Both the position numbers and the translations under genes were made by a program. The notes beneath the pieces are model-generated. The model was not told the DNA's origin. It saw only the letters and a list, made by a program, of their open reading frames with translations, and ran no database searches. This document shows, piece by piece, positions 57,406-64,000 of a stretch of DNA of 64,000 nt. Origin of the DNA: Planctomycetota bacterium (lineage in GTDB: Bacteria; Planctomycetota; UBA8108; SXIK01); the NCBI GenBank assembly GCA_965223265.1, contig OZ244999.1, forward strand, positions 320,001 to 384,000, given 5' to 3'. Each line of letters begins with the position of its first letter. Position 1 is the first letter of the stretch.

Positions 57406-59634
57406 TTACTTTCCCTGCGGCGGCGGCAGCGCCGAACGTAGCACGAGCGGTTCGTCGGCCGGAGTCATGGATCGGAAGGCAAAGCCCCAGTTGCCACCCA
57501 GGTTGTGCACTTTGAGCAAGAGCGTGTTCTTGCCGGCTTTGAGCCGCGCCTTGACCGTGTCTTGATCGACCATGAGGCCGCGCGGTAGCAGGTGCGCGTG
57601 AATCTTTTCGTCATTGAGCCAGAGGACGCAACCGTCGTTAGTGCCCAACTTGAACACCACGTCCTGATCGCTGTCGCTGACGATTTCAGTGTACGCGTAC
57701 GCGAGTCGCTGGCGGCTGCGGCGGAAGCGGGGCAAGAGATCGATCTCGCCGTTGGTCGACAGGATCCGTGGCCGCTGCCAACGGAATCGTCGTGGGCCGA
57801 TGTTGTGGATCTTGTCAAACTCCCGGGACTCTTCTGGAAAAAACTTCGTCGTCAGCGCCGTGTCGTCGTCTGCCGGGATCGGTCCGATGAGCCACCAGTC
57901 GAATAGGAAACCATCAGCGATCGCTTGGCGCTGCGGATTGCGGCCTGCACTCGTCAGCTTGTCTACGGCTTTCTCTTTGAGCTCTTGCGGGAACTGGCCG
58001 CTGAGAATGTTGAGTAGGAGCTGCTCGGCGCGATCGACCTCCCCAGCATCGACGAGGCGCACGGTCAAATCGACGAACACCCGCGCCGCATCGCCGCCGA
58101 CGACGGCGTGGCGGAGAAACGGCACGAGCTGCTCGACGGCGCTGGTATCGCCGACATCTTGTAGCCCCGCGATCGCCGCAGCCAACTGCTCGTCGGTGCT
58201 AGCGAACTCGAGCGAGTTTGCATACATGGCGCTCACTTCCGCGCGCGGCGGGGTTGGCAGCTGGAGCTTGTGGGCGGCGAGGGCGAGGTACGCGCTCACG
58301 GCTGTGGGGCGTACAGAACCGGAGCCAGAGCGCGCCAACTCGAGAAACGTGGACTCCAGAGTTGGATCGAGCAGCTTGCCGGTGAGGTCGAGTGCCGTGA
58401 CTCTAACCTCCGGGTCACGACTCAACACGGCGCGCTCGATGAGTGCGCGTGAGCCTTCGGGGTCACGCTCGGCGAGCGCTCGAAGTAGAAAGACACGTTT
58501 TTCGCCCTGGGAACCCTCATACTCGCGCCGTAGTCGCGAGGTGACGTCGGAACCGCTGCGGGCTGAGAGTCGTGCAATCGCCAGACGTCGGACGCGATCA
58601 GCCGGATCGGCGAGGCCGACAAGAAGCGATTCCAGTGACGCCGCGTTTTCGATTCGGGTCAGGTGCTCGAGGGCGCGCTCGCGCTGGTAGTCGAGCGGTG
58701 CGGAGGTCAGCGCGCGCTCGTAAACTCGCTTGGCCGCAGCGGCGTCACCCTTGGCGCTGATCTCGTCGGCGAGCCGCAGATACTCGCGAAACACCTCGGC
58801 CTGTACCGCTCCGTCGGTGCGCGTGATTTCAGCCTCGAAAGCTTCAATCGATGACGTGGCGGCCAGCATTGCTAACCCCTTCAAGGCCGACAAGCGCACC
58901 TCCTGCGCGTCGGCTTGTGACTGCGACAGCAGAAAGGGAATTGCCTCAGGGTTTCGATGCTTGGCGATGCTGAAAAGATAGTCGCTTGCCGTCTTTGGAT
59001 CGGCGCTTTTTGCGGCCCTGATCAACGCTTCTGTCGCGCGCGCCACAGGGATGCGTTCGAGTGCGAGCCGCGCACTCTCTCGGACGTGCTTGTCGTCGTC
59101 CCGCAGCACTCCGGCGACATGCGGCACAGCTTCGGCTCCCCCGACGTACGATAAAAGGTTGAGTGCGATCAGTTTGACTTTTCGAGGCGCTGCGTCGTGC
59201 AGCAGCCGGCCGAGCTCCACACTGACCGCTCGCGCTTCGTCTGGTGCCTGAGGGCGCGCGGCGTGGTGAGTGAGCGTCTGAAGCGCTCTTTCCGCGGAAA
59301 TGGCCACCTCGCGCCGATCGTCTCGCAGCAGCTTCCCAAGAGGTGCAACCGCCGCCGACCCACAGCGCGCCGCGTCGATAGTTCGGGCTCGATGCCGCAC
59401 TTCTTTGTCGTCTGAGGTGATGTGCTGAATCAAAGTGGCGACATCGTCGGCAGGGAGCGGCTGCAGCCCGAGACAAACGACGAGCGTGACCGCCATCGCG
59501 CCGAGCGCCGCGCTCCACGATTCGCTCTGTCGTGCTTTCTGGAGTCCAGCAACGGCACTCGGTGCGGCCGTTCGCCGATCGCGTCGCGCTGCAGTCGTAT
59601 CGTGATGCAAAGTGGTTGGTGATTCGTAGTTCAT
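57406..59634 (-). CDS. Secreted HEAT-repeat protein with C-terminal PA14-like beta-sandwich
   Basis: Repeated VR..A..AL HEAT motifs; W..IGP, AYAY..I.S, G.NDG...WLN, L..G.N.LL.KV....G.WGF; true start may be downstream. Confidence 0.85.
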   Translation of the reverse strand: MNYESPTTLHHDTTAARRDRRTAAPSAVAGLQKARQSESWSAALGAMAVTLVVCLGLQPLPADDVATLIQHITSDDKEVRHRARTIDAARCGSAAVAPLGKLLRDDRREVAISAERALQTLTHHAARPQAPDEARAVSVELGRLLHDAAPRKVKLIALNLLSYVGGAEAVPHVAGVLRDDDKHVRESARLALERIPVARATEALIRAAKSADPKTASDYLFSIAKHRNPEAIPFLLSQSQADAQEVRLSALKGLAMLAATSSIEAFEAEITRTDGAVQAEVFREYLRLADEISAKGDAAAAKRVYERALTSAPLDYQRERALEHLTRIENAASLESLLVGLADPADRVRRLAIARLSARSGSDVTSRLRREYEGSQGEKRVFLLRALAERDPEGSRALIERAVLSRDPEVRVTALDLTGKLLDPTLESTFLELARSGSGSVRPTAVSAYLALAAHKLQLPTPPRAEVSAMYANSLEFASTDEQLAAAIAGLQDVGDTSAVEQLVPFLRHAVVGGDAARVFVDLTVRLVDAGEVDRAEQLLLNILSGQFPQELKEKAVDKLTSAGRNPQRQAIADGFLFDWWLIGPIPADDDTALTTKFFPEESREFDKIHNIGPRRFRWQRPRILSTNGEIDLLPRFRRSRQRLAYAYTEIVSDSDQDVVFKLGTNDGCVLWLNDEKIHAHLLPRGLMVDQDTVKARLKAGKNTLLLKVHNLGGNWGFAFRSMTPADEPLVLRSALPPPQGK

Positions 59635-59707
59635 CGCAGTGGTCTCGTGACTGGGTCGAGTTCGCGGCGCGCTATGCCGTCGACGTCAAGTTGCGAGCGT
59701 CAGGCGG

Positions 59708-60979
59708 CTAGATCCGCCATGGCGCACGGTTCGGTCGAGCGAGCATGCGACTCGCCTCCGGGTCACCGATGACGTCTTCTTTTTCGGCGTCCCAATAGAG
59801 CTTGCGTCCGAGAATGAAGGAGATGTTGCCGAGGATGCACAGGTTCGCGACGCTATATCCTGCGTCGATCGACATGATCGGATCGCTGCGCGTACGGATG
59901 CAGTCCACCCAATCTTGCTCGTGACCGGGACTCTTGTAGGGGTGATACCCGTCGCTCGGCGGCTCGTAGTTCATCGCTTTCTCTTCGGTGCCGCAGCCGC
60001 CGTCGCCGCCTGTGACGACAAGACGACCTTTCTCACCTTCGTACACGGCACCGAAACCAGCGCCCATTTGCGGCTCACCCGGTTGCCGCCAGTGCATGGT
60101 CCAGTCGGGGTCTTTGAACTCAAACGTCGCGTCCATCTCGACCGGGCAGTCCCAGAGCCCCTCCGACGGTGTCGTCCCTGTGGCGACGATGGAGTGAAGT
60201 GGCTGCGTGTCTGCCCCCATCAGCCAGAGCGCGACTGACATGACGTGCGCACCGCGATCGCGGATCTGACCGCCACCGAATTCGAGGAACCAGCGGAAAT
60301 TGAAATGACAGCGCTCTGAGTTGTACGGCACATAGCGGACAGGGCCGAGCCACATGTCCCAGTCGAGGTTCGCGGGCGGTGGCTCGTCGGGTTTGAAGCC
60401 GCCGACCGGGTTTGGGTAGTGCCAGCACGTGACTTCGTGAACTCGTCCGATCTGTCCGTTACGGATGTAACGACAGGCATGGTAAGCTGCGTTCGTCGAA
60501 CGACCTTGCGAGCCGACCTGAATGACGCGGCTGGTACGGGCCGCGGTTTCCTTCATCTTCTTGCCTTCTTCTACGGTCAGGCTGAGCGGCTTTTGGCAGT
60601 AGACGTCCTTGCCTGCCTCGCAGGCGTAGATCGTCATCACAGCATGCCAGTGGTCCGGCGTCGCAACGATGACTGCGTCGATATCGCGGCGATCGAGGAT
60701 TTCACGGAAATCTTTGTAGAGCGGCACATAACGTCCGATTCTTCGCGCCGCACGGTTGAGGTGGACTTCGTCGACGTCACAGAGAGCGCCGCACATGTCG
60801 CGGAAGAAATTCAAGTGGCCGGAGCCCATTCCACCGAGTCCGATGTGTCCTGTGACGATCCGTTCATTCGGAGACGCAGCACCGAGGAAACCGCGAGGGA
60901 AAATCGCTGGTGCGGAAAGTGCTGCGCCCAGCGACGCGCAGCGCGTTAGAAATCGTCGTCGAGAAACGACCGGACTCAT
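59708..60979 (-). CDS. Tat-exported Gfo/Idh/MocA oxidoreductase
   Basis: SRRRFL Tat motif, IGLGGMG, ATPDHWH, GKDVYCQKP, LDWDMWLGP, D.GAH. Confidence 0.93.
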   Translation of the reverse strand: MSPVVSRRRFLTRCASLGAALSAPAIFPRGFLGAASPNERIVTGHIGLGGMGSGHLNFFRDMCGALCDVDEVHLNRAARRIGRYVPLYKDFREILDRRDIDAVIVATPDHWHAVMTIYACEAGKDVYCQKPLSLTVEEGKKMKETAARTSRVIQVGSQGRSTNAAYHACRYIRNGQIGRVHEVTCWHYPNPVGGFKPDEPPPANLDWDMWLGPVRYVPYNSERCHFNFRWFLEFGGGQIRDRGAHVMSVALWLMGADTQPLHSIVATGTTPSEGLWDCPVEMDATFEFKDPDWTMHWRQPGEPQMGAGFGAVYEGEKGRLVVTGGDGGCGTEEKAMNYEPPSDGYHPYKSPGHEQDWVDCIRTRSDPIMSIDAGYSVANLCILGNISFILGRKLYWDAEKEDVIGDPEASRMLARPNRAPWRI

Positions 60980-61418
60980 GTTTCCTCCTTATCGATAGCA
61001 GCCTGGCGTATTCTAACTGCGAGGCGCGCGACCGGAACAGGCAAAAGATTGAAGTGAGAGGAAGCGGTCGTTCGATCTGGGTCAACAGCGCTGAGCATGG
61101 CGAAAAAGAATTGAATGAACGACAAAGCGGAGAGGTCCAACGAAAGAAGAGCGCGCTCGATGGGATTCGCGTGGTGTTCGGCTCTCGACGCGTTTCCCTA
61201 CTGCGTGTGCGTGCTGAAGAGCGTACGATCTCTCACGTCTGGAGCCACGCATGAAGCGCGCACGTGACGACCGGCGGCACGGGCGAAGACGCTTTGATTT
61301 CCCGGCCACGGCGCTCTATCCTGAAGGCGTTTTGGGGAGCCCGACGGTTCTGCTTTGATTGTCGTCGGGGTCGCAGATCGTGGCTCGATAGCTCATGAAA
61401 ACTCTGGAGATGAGCGCT

Positions 61419-62645
61419 ATGGCTGAACACACTCGTCGACGTTTCTTGCGTGCGCTTGGCGCTGCCGTCGCGGCGCCGATGGTGGTTCGTGCTGGCGCGA
61501 TCGAAACGCGCGTCAGTCCGAGTGCGAACGATCGCATCGGCGTCGGATTCATCGGTGTCGGCGGTATGGGACGCGGGCATCTCCGTCGTTATGTGAACAA
61601 TGCCGGCCATCCCGCTGTTGCTGTGAGTGACGTCGATGCGAAGCACCGAACGCAGGCGGCTGAGAGAGTTGGCAGCTCCTGTGGCGCGCACAACGACTAT
61701 CGGGAACTTCTCGAGCGTAGCGACGTCGACGCGGTCGTCATCGCCGTCCCCGATCATTGGCACGCTCTCATCGCGATGGATGCCTGCGAGGCCGGCAAGG
61801 ATGTCTATTGTGAAAAACCATTGTCGCTGACGATTCGCCAAGCCCGGGCGATGGTGACTGCGGCTCGACGGTACGATCGCGTCTTTCAAACCGGAAGTCA
61901 GCAGCGCTCGAGTCCGGAGTTCCTGAAGGCATGTGAGCTCGTAAGGAACGGGCGTATTGGCAAGGTCGAACGCGTCCTCGTCAACGTATGGGGTACGTCC
62001 GTGCCGTGCCGATTACCCGCCCAACCGGTCCCCAAGGGACTCGATTGGGAGCGATGGATCGGCCCAGCCCGCTGGTGCGCGTACAACAAGAAGCTCCATC
62101 CCTTCACCTGGCGTAGTTTTCGTGAGTTCTCGGGTGGTTCGATGACGGATTGGGGTGCGCACCACCTCGACATCGCACAGTGGGGGCTCGGAATGGACGC
62201 CTCCGGTCCGGTGGAAGTGTTGCCGCCGGCGCAAGGCGAGCATTTCGTTACGTATAAATACGCCAACGGTGTCGAAGTTCGGTGCGGCAGCGTGGGCGTC
62301 AACGGCGTTCAGTTCATCGGTACTGACGGTAAGATCACGGTCAACCGCGGTTACTTTCACGCCGACCCAGAAGAAGCCGCGACGGCTTCGCTTTCGTCGA
62401 CTGCGGTGCGTCTCTACAAGAGCCCTGGGCATCATGAAGATTGGTGGAAGTGCATGCGCTCGCGGCGTCGTCCGATCTGCGACGTCGAGATCGGTGCGCG
62501 CTCGGTGACGGTGTGTCACCTCGGCAATCTCGCCATTTGGCTGGGGCGACCGCTCCGTTGGGATCCAAACAAAGAAGCGATCGTCGGCGACGACGGAGCA
62601 AGCCGTTGGCTTGACCGCCCGCTGCGGGCGCCGTACGCACTTTAA
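61419..62645 (+). CDS. Tat-exported Gfo/Idh/MocA oxidoreductase
   Basis: TRRRFL Tat motif, IGVGGMG, PDHWH, GKDVYCEKP, QTGSQQRS, DWGAHHLD. Confidence 0.93.
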   Translation: MAEHTRRRFLRALGAAVAAPMVVRAGAIETRVSPSANDRIGVGFIGVGGMGRGHLRRYVNNAGHPAVAVSDVDAKHRTQAAERVGSSCGAHNDYRELLERSDVDAVVIAVPDHWHALIAMDACEAGKDVYCEKPLSLTIRQARAMVTAARRYDRVFQTGSQQRSSPEFLKACELVRNGRIGKVERVLVNVWGTSVPCRLPAQPVPKGLDWERWIGPARWCAYNKKLHPFTWRSFREFSGGSMTDWGAHHLDIAQWGLGMDASGPVEVLPPAQGEHFVTYKYANGVEVRCGSVGVNGVQFIGTDGKITVNRGYFHADPEEAATASLSSTAVRLYKSPGHHEDWWKCMRSRRRPICDVEIGARSVTVCHLGNLAIWLGRPLRWDPNKEAIVGDDGASRWLDRPLRAPYAL

Positions 62646-62725
62646 TCTAGCCACCCGCGTCGCGCTCTCGATGCATCGCTCCGTGCGCGTGCCGCCCAGC
62701 GCCTGATCATTCGGCGAGACTTGAA

Positions 62726-64000
62726 ATGAAACAGCCCACGACACGACATCTAAAAGTTCTCACAACTGTCACGTTCCTCGCCACGTTGTTTCTGCCATTG
62801 GAACGGGTGGCCGCGGACGATCTGGCGGCTGCAGTCGCTGAAGTCGTACCTCGACTATCGGCTGAGGAGGTCGAGGTGAGCTCAGCCGCGGAAGCGGAGC
62901 TCGAGACCATTTGCTCGCGAGCCTATCGACCGCAGGCGGAAGCCGAGCGCCGCGAAGTGACCAAAGCTTTGATCACTCACTTGGTACCCGAGCTATCCGA
63001 TGCGGCCCGCCAAGCGATCGTGAAACAGCTAGGATTGATCGGCAAGTTCGAAGTCGTGCGACCGCTGACAAACCTTCTCGCCGAAGACCCCAGCCCCATC
63101 GTCCGCGATGAAGCCCGGCAAGCGCTGGAGAGATTGCCAAGCGCTGCGAAAAACATGGCGAAATCGAAACTGCGCGCCGCGCTGAAGAAAGCAGAAGGAA
63201 CGGAGAAGATGGGGCTCCTTCGCTCCCTGGCAGTCTTGAAGGATTTTCGTGGGCAAGAGAACGTCCTGGCGACGCTCGATGGTGCCTCCCCGGAGGTGCG
63301 TTTGGCCGCGCTCGAAGTCCTCGCCGAGCTCGGAGAGATCTCAGCGGTCTCAGTGCTCGAAGGCGCACTCGCGAACGCGGCGGAGGCAGAGCGTCGACGA
63401 ATGGTGCGAGCCTATCTGCGATTCGCAGATGCACTTGTGGACAATTCCGAGCGAGGTCAGGCTCGACGCATTTACGAACGTGCCATGCTTCTCGGTACGG
63501 CGCCACGGTGCGCGTCGCTGATCGGACTGGCGCGAGCTGGACTGCAGAGTCACGTCGACGTGATTGCGGACGCGACCCTTGAGACGGATCTGGAAGTGCG
63601 CAGCGCCGCGTGCGAGGCCGCTGTGATCATGCCTGGACCACGGATGTCGCGGGCGTTGATCAAGCGTCTGGAGGCAGTGAAAGATGATGATGATGTACGG
63701 TTTCGTTTGATGCGGGTTCTTGCGCGCCGCGGCGACGCGCCGAGCGTGACCAAATTGACGGCGCTGGCGGCCGACGGGGACAGTGAAGGCGTTTCGCTTG
63801 CGCTGCGCCTTTTGGGCGGCGTCGAGCCTGGGGTTTCGCCAACCATCGATGTGGGAGTTCTGTTGCCGCTGTTAGTGGATCCCCTCGTCAAAGCTTCGTC
63901 GGCGGACGTCGTGCGATCGTCTGCCGAGCTTGTTCTCGCGCACTTGCCGGGAGACGCGGTGACGCCGCGGGTTGTGGAGTTGCTTTCAGTTGATGATGCC
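62726..64000 (+). CDS. Secreted HEAT-repeat protein (partial, runs off the window; absent from the ORF track)
   Basis: Hand translation from ATG 62726: MKQPTTRHLKVLTTVTFLATLFLPLERVAADDLAAAVAEVVPRLS...YRPQAEAERREV...VRDEARQALERLP; resembles the N-terminus of 57406-59634. Confidence 0.82.
   Translation, partial: MKQPTTRHLKVLTTVTFLATLFLPLERVAADDLAAAVAEVVPRLSAEEVEVSSAAEAELETICSRAYRPQAEAERREVTKALITHLVPELSDAARQAIVKQLGLIGKFEVVRPLTNLLAEDPSPIVRDEARQALERLPSAAKNMAKSKLRAALKKAEGTEKMGLLRSLAVLKDFRGQENVLATLDGASPEVRLAALEVLAELGEISAVSVLEGALANAAEAERRRMVRAYLRFADALVDNSERGQARRIYERAMLLGTAPRCASLIGLARAGLQSHVDVIADATLETDLEVRSAACEAAVIMPGPRMSRALIKRLEAVKDDDDVRFRLMRVLARRGDAPSVTKLTALAADGDSEGVSLALRLLGGVEPGVSPTIDVGVLLPLLVDPLVKASSADVVRSSAELVLAHLPGDAVTPRVVELLSVDDA

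Overview
High-GC window, most likely from a Planctomycetota genome (inferred from dockerin-like FxRGDxNxD tails, DCNxNG repeats, a sulfatase, PQQ-propeller giants, Tat-exported Gfo/Idh/MocA enzymes and GTAG-type REPs). It has three blocks. (1) 1-11.3 kb, minus strand: an extracellular contractile injection system (eCIS) operon that runs off the left edge, encoding sheath, tube, DUF4255, AAA ATPase, tube initiator, LysM-like protein, hub, spike, PAAR-like tip and gp25. (2) 11.8-31.4 kb, mostly plus strand: a TIR-dense conflict/signalling island. It holds an astacin, two tandem genes fusing a TIR domain to the isolated cytoplasmic ring domain of a type III secretion export gate (SctV/FlhA, FHIPEP), a DUF4062-CHASE2 receptor with a FecR-PASTA lipoprotein, a patatin, TIR-TPR and X-TIR proteins, a TIR-nSTAND1-TM-FGE receptor, and decayed fragments (DUF4157, Ntox44, FGE C-terminus, TIR, a MITE). 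(3) 31.7-64 kb: metabolic and secreted-protein genes with REP elements, an inverted-repeat-flanked beta-galactosidase, and a mirror-image Gfo/HEAT divergon. The best candidate for an undescribed system is the TIR-SctV(C) pair and the island around it. All domain calls come from motif recognition by eye; no searches were run. No rRNA, tRNA, CRISPR array, transposase or reverse transcriptase was recognised.
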